This document shows, piece by piece, positions 40,581-49,405 of a stretch of 64,000 nucleotides of DNA. The position numbers and the translations under genes were made by a program. The notes below the pieces were generated by a model. It searched no databases, was not told where the DNA came from, and saw only the letters and a program-made list of their open reading frames with translations. Position 1 is the first letter of the stretch, and the number at the start of each line of letters is the position of its first letter. The DNA comes from Acidobacteriota bacterium (lineage in GTDB: Bacteria > Acidobacteriota > UBA6911 > RPQK01 > JAJDTT01), in the NCBI GenBank assembly GCA_965209055.1, contig OZ242374.1, positions 3,200,001 through 3,264,000 of the forward strand. The letters are read 5' to 3'.

Positions 40581-40731
40581 CCAGAAAACGAGCGCCGTCA
40601 GCCCGCGTCACAAAATACAATAGGAGGGCGGACATTCCTGTCCCCCTCTTCACTTGTATACTCGACCGCACAGTTGAGCCGGGCGCCAACTTCGGCGCCC
40701 GCCGCACCGTCACGCAACCGAGGGGAAATCC

Positions 40732-41730
40732 ATGCTCAAATTCGGATTGTTCGGAGCCGGCAGGATCGGCCGCATGCGTGCAAGAATCCTCGCGGCAAAC
40801 CACCGTGTGGAACTGGCGGGGATCTACGATGTCGATGCTGACGCCGTCGCCTCCGCCGCAACCGAGACCAGATCCGTTTCTGTCGACTCCGTCGACGCCC
40901 TGCTCGGAGACCCGACCCTCGACGCCGTTTGCATCTCCTCCTCCACCAGCACCCACTGCGACCTGATCGAAGGCGCCGCGCGGACCGGCAAGGCGGTGTT
41001 CTGCGAAAAACCGATCCACCTGGAAATGGAGCGGGCCGACGCCTGCGGGGCGGTTCTGGCCGAGACCGGCGTACCTTTTCAGATCGGTTTCAACCGGCGC
41101 TTCGACCCCAACCACGGTGAGGTGCAACGGGCTGCCCGCAATGGCGAGATCGGCCGTCTGGAGCAGGCCGTCATCAGCAGCCGGGATCCATACCCGCCGC
41201 CCCTGCGTTTTCTTCGGGGTTCCGGGGGAATATTCCGGGACATGATGGTCCACGACTTCGACATGGCCCGCTTCCTGTTCAATGAGGAGCCCGTGGAGGT
41301 CACGGCCATGGGCAGCGTGCTCTTCGATACGCGTTGCGAGGAATTCGGCGACGCGGACAGCGCCATGGTCGTGCTGCGGATGGCCTCGGGCGCTCTCTGC
41401 CACGTCAACTGTTCGCGCCACTGCTCGTTTGGCTACGACCAGCGGATCGAGCTGTTTGGAGAAGGTGGCATGCTGGTCTCCGCCAATCCGGCCCGGACCA
41501 GCATCGAACGCTACACGGAAAGTGGGACCTCCGCCCGCGACCGGCTGCACCCCTTCTTCATCGAGCGGTACGAAGAAGCGTTCACGCGGGAGATCGACGC
41601 CTTCGTGGATGCCGTGGAACAAGGCGTCAAGCCGTCACCCGGCTTCGATGACGGGAGGCGCGCCCTGCGAGTTGCCGACGCGGCGGAAGAATCAGCCAGG
41701 AGCGGCCGGACCGTCCGGGTGGGCGACTGA
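40732..41730 (+). CDS. iolG: Inositol 2-dehydrogenase (Gfo/Idh/MocA family)
   Basis: GAGRIG, FCEKP, IGFNRRFDP, SGGIFRDMMVHDFD, GYDQRIE, FFIERY. Confidence 0.85.
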   Translation: MLKFGLFGAGRIGRMRARILAANHRVELAGIYDVDADAVASAATETRSVSVDSVDALLGDPTLDAVCISSSTSTHCDLIEGAARTGKAVFCEKPIHLEMERADACGAVLAETGVPFQIGFNRRFDPNHGEVQRAARNGEIGRLEQAVISSRDPYPPPLRFLRGSGGIFRDMMVHDFDMARFLFNEEPVEVTAMGSVLFDTRCEEFGDADSAMVVLRMASGALCHVNCSRHCSFGYDQRIELFGEGGMLVSANPARTSIERYTESGTSARDRLHPFFIERYEEAFTREIDAFVDAVEQGVKPSPGFDDGRRALRVADAAEESARSGRTVRVGD

Positions 41731-41755
41731 GCCCGCGTCCGGGTGTTTCCAACTG

Positions 41756-41941
41756 TCAGCAGGCCTTGAACAACAAGACAACCAGACCACCGACAACGAG
41801 CCCGACGAGAGTGACCAGGAGTTTGAGTACCTCGATGGCAACGAGCCCAAGAACCGCGCCCACGGTGACATTCGTAACGAGTCGAGTGTCGAGTTGGGAC
41901 GTAAACCAAGTCCAGATTCGCTTGATTTTCCTTTTCTTCAT
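41756..41941 (-). CDS. Small hydrophobic hypothetical protein
   Basis: 61-aa ORF with two hydrophobic stretches, downstream of the cytochrome operon. Confidence 0.4.
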   Translation of the reverse strand: MKKRKIKRIWTWFTSQLDTRLVTNVTVGAVLGLVAIEVLKLLVTLVGLVVGGLVVLLFKAC

Positions 41942-41953
41942 TTCTTGGCGGCG

Positions 41954-42166
41954 TCACTCCTTCCGTGTCGCGACGGACCAGAGGTAGAGAACCATCCCCG
42001 TTCCGACCAGTCCCGCTCCCAACGTCAGGAACAGGAACAGGGAAACCGGATGGTTCCAGAACAGCGTGCCCAACTCCACCGCAATCCCGGCCGCGATCAG
42101 CAATCCGGCAAGTTGCAGGCGGCCCGCGAATCCCGTCCGAAAACCCAGCGACCGAATCCAGCTCAC
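41954..42166 (-). CDS. Small 2-TM membrane protein of the cytochrome operon
   Basis: GTGA overlap with the upstream gene; two TM segments. Confidence 0.65.
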   Translation of the reverse strand: MSWIRSLGFRTGFAGRLQLAGLLIAAGIAVELGTLFWNHPVSLFLFLTLGAGLVGTGMVLYLWSVATRKE

Positions 42167-42780
42167 GGCTTCGCCTCCGGGTCCCAACGCCCGAACCGGT
42201 CCAGCTTCGTGACCTCGTGAATCAGGTTGTGGCACATGAGGCACGACTTGGTCCCGGAGATCAGATCGGATCGAAATCGCAGGTGTGCCGGGAATTCCTC
42301 GAAGGACCTGGCTCCTTGGTGGCATTCCAGGCAGGCCCGGTTCTCATACGGCTCGTAGAGCTTCACCGGGTCGGACCACGAGCCCAAGACGCTGTGCCAG
42401 ACATGTCTCACGCCGCGGATCTTGTCGTCCACGTCTCCGAACATGGTGTAGCTCGTGTGGCAGGTGTAGCAGGCCTTGTCGGCGGGGATGAGCTTGTTCT
42501 GGAAGTGAGCGGCGGGAAGGAACCGGGGATGGTCGATGAGCAGGCTCTCCCCGTAGGGCTCGATAGCGTGGCAGGAGAGGCAGAAGTCGGTCGTCTTGGC
42601 CTGCTCGTAGTGCCGGTCGGCGCCGCCCAGGATCAGGAGCCCCGGCATTGCGAAGAGGGCGACGAACGCGAGTATCCTGCCCCCGACGGCGTCGGTCCAT
42701 TCGGGCCGGCGGGCGAATGCCGCGATCAAGGCGATGGTTGCGAGTCCCGACAGGCTCAGGAGGATGACGTCGCCAGTCAC
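42163..42780 (-). CDS. NapC/NirT-like membrane-anchored tetraheme cytochrome c
   Basis: CLSCH, CYTCH, CLECH, CLMCH; N-terminal TMs; T..FC motif. Confidence 0.85.
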   Translation of the reverse strand: MTGDVILLSLSGLATIALIAAFARRPEWTDAVGGRILAFVALFAMPGLLILGGADRHYEQAKTTDFCLSCHAIEPYGESLLIDHPRFLPAAHFQNKLIPADKACYTCHTSYTMFGDVDDKIRGVRHVWHSVLGSWSDPVKLYEPYENRACLECHQGARSFEEFPAHLRFRSDLISGTKSCLMCHNLIHEVTKLDRFGRWDPEAKP

Positions 42781-44129
42781 TCGATTGGGGTCCTCACGGT
42801 CGGATGATGTTTGCCGCGCAGCTCCTGCGCCAACGTCCTGATCTCGGTCAGATCCTGCAGCATCTCGCTCCACCCGTACCAGAGCGCGTAATCCGGATTG
42901 TTATGAAACGTTCCCTGAAACGCGCGCATCCGGTGTTCCAGGTGCATCTTGAAGAGGCGCTGCTCGATGGTCGAGGGGGCGTCGTGGAAAGCCAGCAGGT
43001 CGGGGAAGTCGTAGGCATAGTGGTCCGGCTTGCTCAGGATGCCGTCACGGTAGAGGGAGGCGATGATGCGGATCGCCTCCGCCAGCAGCCGGTCGGTCTC
43101 ACGAATCATCTCATCGCCCTTCTCCAGTTCCGCTCGCACCAGATTCGACGAGTGGCATTGCTCGCAGATCTGGATCATCCGGTCGCGCTCTTTCTGCCAG
43201 TCCTCCTGGGTCAGCCGGGCGACGTCGGCCTGCTTCACCACCTCCAGCCGGGGAGTCGGGTTGCCCTGCGGGTCCAGGACGCCGAGGGCCTGGAGGATGG
43301 TGGCGCGATCGGCCGCCCACTCCGGGTCCTCCGGCATGGGGAGGCGCACGGCCAGGAATCCCCACGCCGTCCTCACCCCATGATCCCCCTTGGGCATGTG
43401 GCACGTCTGGCAGGTGGGGGCCGACGCCTGTTCCGGCAGGGTTCCGGTCTGCTTGAGCATGTGCCGGACGCCGTGTTTGGACGAGGAGTACATCTCCCAC
43501 TGAGGATGGTCGATTCCCATGTGGCAGGTCCGGCAGGCCTGGGGTTCCCGGGCCTCCTTGACCGAAAAGAGGTGCCGCGTGTGGCAGGTGTCACACGACG
43601 CCAGTCCGAACATAACGCCGTCCGCCTTCAGTTGCCGGATCTCTTCCTCGCTCTTGAGCCCGACGCGATGGCAGCCGCCGCAGCCCTTCATCCCTTCGGT
43701 CAGGGCCATGGGGAGCCAATGCGTCGTGGGCATGGCGTTCATGCTGGCCCAGGCCAGGGCGTGCTTGCCCCCTTGGAACTGCTCCGTCTGAATCGGATGG
43801 CAGGTGGCGCAGACATCGGGAGTCGCCGTCTTCACCAGCGCCACGTCCTCCGCCGTCCGATGTTCCTCGCCATGGCAGAGGGAACAGTCCACCCCCGCGG
43901 GGTTGTGACGGCTCAACTCCCAGTCCGTGACGATGCCGGGAGTCACCTCGCGGTGGCACTCGACGCAGTCCGAGGAGGCCTGTTTCACGTCGCGGTCGCC
44001 GCATGAAACCAGGCCCAGAACGGCCAAAGGCAGGAAAAAGAAGGCGCGGCGCAGTCCACCGGTCCCGGTCCGGTCGCGGAGCAACGGCCGTTGGGAGTCG
44101 AACAGCTCTCGAACGCAGAGTCCTGACAC
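42777..44129 (-). CDS. Octaheme cytochrome c lipoprotein, HAO-like family
   Basis: Eight CxxCH motifs; CDTCHTRHLFS..EAR.PQACRTCHMG.DHPQWE.Y..SKHG; lipobox LVSC. Confidence 0.85.
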   Translation of the reverse strand: MSGLCVRELFDSQRPLLRDRTGTGGLRRAFFFLPLAVLGLVSCGDRDVKQASSDCVECHREVTPGIVTDWELSRHNPAGVDCSLCHGEEHRTAEDVALVKTATPDVCATCHPIQTEQFQGGKHALAWASMNAMPTTHWLPMALTEGMKGCGGCHRVGLKSEEEIRQLKADGVMFGLASCDTCHTRHLFSVKEAREPQACRTCHMGIDHPQWEMYSSSKHGVRHMLKQTGTLPEQASAPTCQTCHMPKGDHGVRTAWGFLAVRLPMPEDPEWAADRATILQALGVLDPQGNPTPRLEVVKQADVARLTQEDWQKERDRMIQICEQCHSSNLVRAELEKGDEMIRETDRLLAEAIRIIASLYRDGILSKPDHYAYDFPDLLAFHDAPSTIEQRLFKMHLEHRMRAFQGTFHNNPDYALWYGWSEMLQDLTEIRTLAQELRGKHHPTVRTPIE

Positions 44130-44254
44130 TCGATTCCCTTCAGTAGGGATTATCCCTCATTTCTCTCTTTCGGGTCGCCCCGCCAAGAATTCTCCTCCTA
44201 TTGAGCCGGCTCCGCCCACGTGGTAAATGACTCGGTCATACCAAGGAGGTTCGG

Positions 44255-44524
44255 ATGACCGTGAAAAAGACCGTCAGCTTTACGGATCGCCACCATCGGT
44301 ACCTGTCGGAGAAGGTGGACCAGGGCATGTTTGCCACTCGGAATGCAGTGGCGGCGGCGGCCATCGAACAGATGATGCAGGAAGAGGCCGAGCGAAACGT
44401 GGCAATTTCGGCTTCGGCCGAAGAAATCCGCATGCGTATGCGGACGCCAGTTTCCGAGTATGTGGACCAGGATCACGTTTTCTCAGCCGCTCGCACTCCG
44501 ATTGGGATTGACCCGAAGACGTGA
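44255..44524 (+). CDS. ParD-like ribbon-helix-helix antitoxin (orphan)
   Basis: VSFTD....YL..KV..G.FA....V; GGAGG RBS; no toxin gene follows. Confidence 0.65.
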   Translation: MTVKKTVSFTDRHHRYLSEKVDQGMFATRNAVAAAAIEQMMQEEAERNVAISASAEEIRMRMRTPVSEYVDQDHVFSAARTPIGIDPKT

Positions 44525-44560
44525 CTGTCCCCTTCCGAACAGGTGCTGTCCTTCCCCCGG

Positions 44561-47260
44561 CTACCGGAAAGCGTAGCGGATGCGGATGCCGATCCGCCGC
44601 GGCGAGAGCACGTTGGCGAAGTAGCGCCGCGACCGGAAGCCCGCTCCGGTCATGCCGATATGTCCGGGTGTCTGGCGCACACCGGTGACGGCGTATTCGT
44701 CCAGCAGGTTGTTGGCATAGAACTCCAGCGTCCAGTCGTTCTTCGCAATCGACACCGACAGGTTGTGGAGATCGTAGGACGGCAGAGCCTCGCCGCCGGC
44801 GCGCAAACCGATGCGCGTGAGCACGTCCCCGGTATACGTGTAGCCGTACAGCAGCTCGACCACGCTGCTGCCCAACAGCCAGTTATAGGAAGCCAGCAGG
44901 CTGCCCTGGTGGCGCGGCGCGCCCGACAGGCGGTCTCCCTTGAACGCGTCGGCGCCCCCTTCCAGCAGGCCGGGCGAGTCCTTGCTTAGCTCCGCGTGCG
45001 CATATGACCACGACCCGCGGAGGCGGAACGCCGTCGCCGGGCTGGCGGCCGCCGTGAGTTCGACGCCGCGGCTCACTGCGCCGCCGCCGTTCAGCGTGAT
45101 CGGCTGCGCGCTGAAGGGTGTCAAACCCGCTACTTGAATATCCTTCCAGTCGACGTGGAACAGCGTGCCGCCGGCCGTAAACCGGCCGTCGCGGCCCGAG
45201 TGGCGCAGGCCCACTTCGTAGTTGGTGGTCGTGTCCGGCCGGATCAGCGCCTGATTCTCGTAGATGCAACCGGACTGCGGTGGATCGTTCCCGGGATCCG
45301 CGTCGGTGAGCAGGGTGATCTCCTCGTCGGTGCAGATCCGGAAATTGTTGCCGCCGCCGATGCGGTATCCCTCGGAGCGGGTGAAGTAGGCGTTTGTCTC
45401 GTCGTCGAACCGGTAACTGATGCTGCCCTTCACCAATGTGCCGCGGTCGTGGGAATCAAAGGCGGTGAGCGGAGAGTTGTACATGGGCGTGTAGGGGAAC
45501 TCGGTCGCGTTGCTGGTGTCGATGCCGTATCCGAACCAGCGGCCGCCGGCGGTCACACGCCAGCGGTCGCCCAGGTCGCGCGAGATCTCACCGAACAGCG
45601 CCCGCTCCTCCACCGCGCTGGTTCCGAAGTCGTAGTACTCGACCGGATCGGACACGGGGCTGCCCCCCAGGACAGGCGTGACTCCGGAGAATTCCGTCAG
45701 GCCGGGAGCGAATTCGAAGCTGGTGGCGTCGAGGTCGTAGTTGTTGAAGAAGACGCCGCCGACCCAGCGCCAAGGGCCTTCTCCGGTGGAGACCACGCGA
45801 GTCTCCCAATTGAAACGATCCTCGCGGGAATCCTCGCGGGTGTAGGCGGAAAAAGAGCGAAACTGCGCCGTCAGGTCGGTGGCCGAGACGCTGGGATCGA
45901 TGGCCTGCGCCCGCGTTAGCGCCGGAAAATCGCCTGGCAGGAGCCCGACGATGCCGAACGCCTGGATCAACAGGTCGGTCTGGTCGCGCTGACCCTGCTG
46001 GGAGTAACGGGAATAGCCAATGGCGGTGGTCAACTCCACCGGGCCCGGCACCCAGCTCAGCTCCAGGCTCCCCAACCGGTTCTTACGGTCGTTCGGCTCC
46101 AGGTAGCGGTGCGCCGCGGTGTAGCGGCCGGTGTCGAACGACCGGGCGTGGTTGATCTGCCGCGCGCCGGCGTGCTGATCCTGCAGGTGATAGGCGAACA
46201 ACGCCGACAGTTCCGGAGTGATCTCCCAGAGCAGCGAGAGTCGCGCCGAGTAGGTTTCCTCGGTGTTGGCGTCGGGCGCGCTCCGCAGGTTGGCCGCCAC
46301 CGCGGCGGGGTCGGTCAGGTCCGGCTCGGGTTCGGAGACGCCGGGCGTGCGCAGCAGGTAGTCGTAGTCGATGAATCCGGGGTCGGCGTAGCGGTCGACG
46401 GAGCCGCGCAGCGCCAGCTTCCGGGTCACCAGCGGCAGGTTGAAGGTGAAGCCGGCATCCGAGCCGGGTGAGCCGCTGTGCGCCAGCGCGAACCCGTCGC
46501 CGCGCAGCTCTAAACTGCGCCGCTCGGTGTCGGGGCGGCGCGGCAGGTAGCGCACCGCGCCTGCCAGCGTACCGGCGCCGTACAAGGTCCCCTGCGGCCC
46601 CAGCAGCACCTCCACCCGCTCGATGTCGTGCAGCCGAAGGTCGACCGCCAGGGGGATGTCGCCGAGGTAGGTCGCGACGCCGTTGTTGTAGTTGTTGCCG
46701 GCCTGCTCGGAGCCGTTCAGAGCGTCCGTGTGCAGGCCGCGCGCGATGACGACGTTGCTGCCGCGCGCGCCCTGGTCGACCACGGTCAGGCCGGGCATCC
46801 AGCGTGACAGCTCCGTCAGGTTGCCGATTCGCTGCCGCTCGATGTCCGCGCCGGTCGCCACCGAGATGCTCATCGGCACCTCCCGCAGCGGCTCCTCCAT
46901 GCGGGTCGCCGTTACCACCAGCGCGTCGTCGAAGGCGGCGAGCCGCAGCGTGATGACCGGCAGCTCCACCGGTTCGGATCGGACGGCAACGCCGTCCATC
47001 GACTCGGCGTCGAATCCGGGCAGGGAGACGGTGACCGTGTAGGTTCCGGGATGGAGGCCCGTGAACACGAAGCGGCCGGTGTCGTCCGTCTGCGCCTCGC
47101 GGCGACCATCCGGGCCGCCCGTCAGCGTGACGCCCGCCCCGCGAAGCACTCCGCCGGTCGCATCGGCGACCACCCCCGCGATCTGTCCGGACTGCGCGGC
47201 AGCCGGCGCCGCCGCCGCGGCCATCGAAAACAATAGCCCAACGGCCGCCAGCCACTTCAC
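44561..47260 (-). CDS. TonB-dependent receptor
   Basis: Signal peptide, GQIAGVVAD.TG, VVTATR.E..L..VP.SI, IERVEVL.GPQGTLYG; the real start is the GTG overlapping the symporter stop. Confidence 0.9.
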   Translation of the reverse strand: MKWLAAVGLLFSMAAAAAPAAAQSGQIAGVVADATGGVLRGAGVTLTGGPDGRREAQTDDTGRFVFTGLHPGTYTVTVSLPGFDAESMDGVAVRSEPVELPVITLRLAAFDDALVVTATRMEEPLREVPMSISVATGADIERQRIGNLTELSRWMPGLTVVDQGARGSNVVIARGLHTDALNGSEQAGNNYNNGVATYLGDIPLAVDLRLHDIERVEVLLGPQGTLYGAGTLAGAVRYLPRRPDTERRSLELRGDGFALAHSGSPGSDAGFTFNLPLVTRKLALRGSVDRYADPGFIDYDYLLRTPGVSEPEPDLTDPAAVAANLRSAPDANTEETYSARLSLLWEITPELSALFAYHLQDQHAGARQINHARSFDTGRYTAAHRYLEPNDRKNRLGSLELSWVPGPVELTTAIGYSRYSQQGQRDQTDLLIQAFGIVGLLPGDFPALTRAQAIDPSVSATDLTAQFRSFSAYTREDSREDRFNWETRVVSTGEGPWRWVGGVFFNNYDLDATSFEFAPGLTEFSGVTPVLGGSPVSDPVEYYDFGTSAVEERALFGEISRDLGDRWRVTAGGRWFGYGIDTSNATEFPYTPMYNSPLTAFDSHDRGTLVKGSISYRFDDETNAYFTRSEGYRIGGGNNFRICTDEEITLLTDADPGNDPPQSGCIYENQALIRPDTTTNYEVGLRHSGRDGRFTAGGTLFHVDWKDIQVAGLTPFSAQPITLNGGGAVSRGVELTAAASPATAFRLRGSWSYAHAELSKDSPGLLEGGADAFKGDRLSGAPRHQGSLLASYNWLLGSSVVELLYGYTYTGDVLTRIGLRAGGEALPSYDLHNLSVSIAKNDWTLEFYANNLLDEYAVTGVRQTPGHIGMTGAGFRSRRYFANVLSPRRIGIRIRYAFR

Positions 47261-48756
47261 CACACCGAGGCCCTCCCGGACCGGCCCCCCTTCCTCCGGC
47301 TGGCGGCATAGCCCACCACCAGCACCAGGATATGTCCGATCATCCCGATGGTCATGGGCATCCAGGGAAAGTTGTAGGCGCCCAGATCCAGCAACGGGCT
47401 CTGGCTGTTGGGCATCTCCACCCGGGTCAGGGCGGCCCAGAGAGTGAACAGCACGCAGGCGGCGAGACCGGTGTAGGCTCCCTTGGCCGTGGCCTTGGGG
47501 AAGAGCCATCCCAGGGCGAAGAGCCCCAGTTTTCCCCCCGACACGACCAGCGCCAGGCCGAGCGAGTATTTCACCAGCGACTCGATGCCGATCCACTGCT
47601 GCGCCAGGAAAATGGACATCAGCCCGCCGGCCACCACCCCGGCCCGGCCCACCATGAGCTGGCGCCGCTGAGGCGCCCCGGGTCGCACCCGCCGATAGAA
47701 GTTCTGCAGCACCACCGCCGCGATGCTGTTGAGATCCGAGTCCATGCTGGACATGGCCGCCGCCAGCAGTCCCGCCAGGAGCAGTCCCAGCAGCCCCGGC
47801 GGCAGCTCGGTCATGATGAAGTGGGGAATGATGTTGTCCTTGACCTCTGCGACCTGCGGGGGAAGCGCCGACGGGTCGGCCTGGTAGAAGGCCCAGAGCA
47901 AGCCTCCCAGGAACATGAACAGGAGCCAGATGGGGATGCAGGAGAGGATGCCCAACTGTGCGCTGCGGCGGGCCTCCCGGTCGCTTCGGGCCAGCAGGTA
48001 TCTCTGCACCATGTTCTGGTCGGTCCCGAAGGCCTGAAGGAAGTGGAAGACCCCTCCCACGAACAGGAGCCAGAAGTTGTCCTCGATCAGGCTGGGCTCC
48101 CAGTTGCCCAGGCTGAACTTGCCCCCTTCCCAGGCGGTGGTGACGATCTCGCCGGCGTCCCCCCGCCCCAGAATCAGGGCGCAGCAGAGCAGGCCTCCCC
48201 CTACCAGCAGGATCCCCTGCAGGAAATCGGTCCAGACTACGCCCTGAATGCCGCCCGCCAGGGTGTAGGCCACGGTCAGCAGGCCCACCACCAGGATCAC
48301 CCACCACACGTCCCACCCGGTGACGAAGGCCAGGGCCAGTCCCAGGAAGTAGACGGTCAGGCTCATGTCCAGGACCCGGCTCAGGATGAAGGAGACGGAG
48401 GCATAAGCCTGGGCCGGATACCCGAAACGGGTTCCCAGGTACTCGTAGGGGCTCATTCGAAGCGTGCGGCGGTAGAAGACCACGAACCGCCCCAGGGTCA
48501 GAAGCACCACCAGCGGCAGGCCCAGGTGATAGGCGAAGGGCCACATGTCGCTGAAAAAGACGTTCCCGGGATGGCCCACGAAGGTGGCGCTGCTCACCAC
48601 CGTCCCCATGAGGGAGAACCCCACCACCCAGCCGGGCAGGTTGCGTCCGGCCAGGAAGTAGTCCTCCGCCGATTTCTGGCGCCGGGAGAAGTGGAAGGCC
48701 AGGCCGCCGATAAACGCCAGGTAGACGACCAGGACCGTGACGTCGAGTGGGCTCAT
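47257..48756 (-). CDS. Sodium:solute symporter
   Basis: EDYFLAGR.LPGW, GGIQGVVWTD, DQNMVQRYL, AAAMSS.DS.LNS. Confidence 0.92.
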   Translation of the reverse strand: MSPLDVTVLVVYLAFIGGLAFHFSRRQKSAEDYFLAGRNLPGWVVGFSLMGTVVSSATFVGHPGNVFFSDMWPFAYHLGLPLVVLLTLGRFVVFYRRTLRMSPYEYLGTRFGYPAQAYASVSFILSRVLDMSLTVYFLGLALAFVTGWDVWWVILVVGLLTVAYTLAGGIQGVVWTDFLQGILLVGGGLLCCALILGRGDAGEIVTTAWEGGKFSLGNWEPSLIEDNFWLLFVGGVFHFLQAFGTDQNMVQRYLLARSDREARRSAQLGILSCIPIWLLFMFLGGLLWAFYQADPSALPPQVAEVKDNIIPHFIMTELPPGLLGLLLAGLLAAAMSSMDSDLNSIAAVVLQNFYRRVRPGAPQRRQLMVGRAGVVAGGLMSIFLAQQWIGIESLVKYSLGLALVVSGGKLGLFALGWLFPKATAKGAYTGLAACVLFTLWAALTRVEMPNSQSPLLDLGAYNFPWMPMTIGMIGHILVLVVGYAASRRKGGRSGRASVW

Positions 48757-48842
48757 TCGGAACCGACGGAATCGGTAATCTGCACTGCCATTGCTCTTGC
48801 TGCGCCGTAGGCGTCAGCGGCGACAACGATAACACGACCGTC

Positions 48843-49405
48843 AGGAGCGGCGGTTTCCTAACCGCCGAACTCCGGTGTAGCAAAGTGGCGACGGAAGAAC
48901 GGGCGATTAGAAATCGCCCTTCCTGGAGCGGCGGTTTCCTAACCGCCGAACTCCGGTGTGACAACTTGGCGACGAAGACTGGGCGATTGGAAATCGCCCT
49001 TCCTGGAGCGGCGGTTTCCTAACCGCCGAACTCCGGTGTGACAACCTGGCGACGAAGACTGGGCGATTGGAAATCGCCCTTCCTGGAGCGGCGGTTTCCC
49101 AACCGCCGAACTCCGGTGTGACAACCTGGCGACGAAGACCGGGCGATTAGAAATCGCCCTTCCTGGAGCGGCGGTTTCCCAACCGCCGAACTCCGGTGTG
49201 ACAACCTGGCGACGAAGACCGGGCGATTGGAAATCGCCCTTCCTGGAGCGGCGGTTTCCTAACCGCCGAACACCGGTGTAGCAAAGTGGCGACGAAGACC
49301 GGGCGATTGGAAATCGCCCTTCCTGGGGCGGCGGTTTCCTAACCGCCGAACTCCGGTGTGGCAACTTGGCGACGAAGACCGGGCGATTGGAGATCGCCCC
49401 TCCTG
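48843..49405. repeat. BIME-like tandem array: 7 units of about 80 bp, each with two inverted REP-type hairpins
   Basis: Units start at 48844, 48925, 49005, 49085, 49165, 49245 and 49325; hairpins GGCGGTTTCCTAACCGCC and GGGCGATTGGAAATCGCCC. Confidence 0.92.

Noticed and set aside
40732-40790. iolG inactivation by GRIGRMRA (His expected at the last Arg)
   Set aside because: It is a single substitution in an otherwise intact ORF; there is not enough evidence.
44561-48964. 1467-aa giant ORF
   Set aside because: The N-terminal extension is an alternate frame over the symporter and the repeat array; the receptor starts at about 47260.
48843-49405. CRISPR or TIGR-like array
   Set aside because: Whole 80-bp units are near-identical with no unique spacers, no cas-like gene is nearby, and the hairpins match REPs elsewhere in the window.
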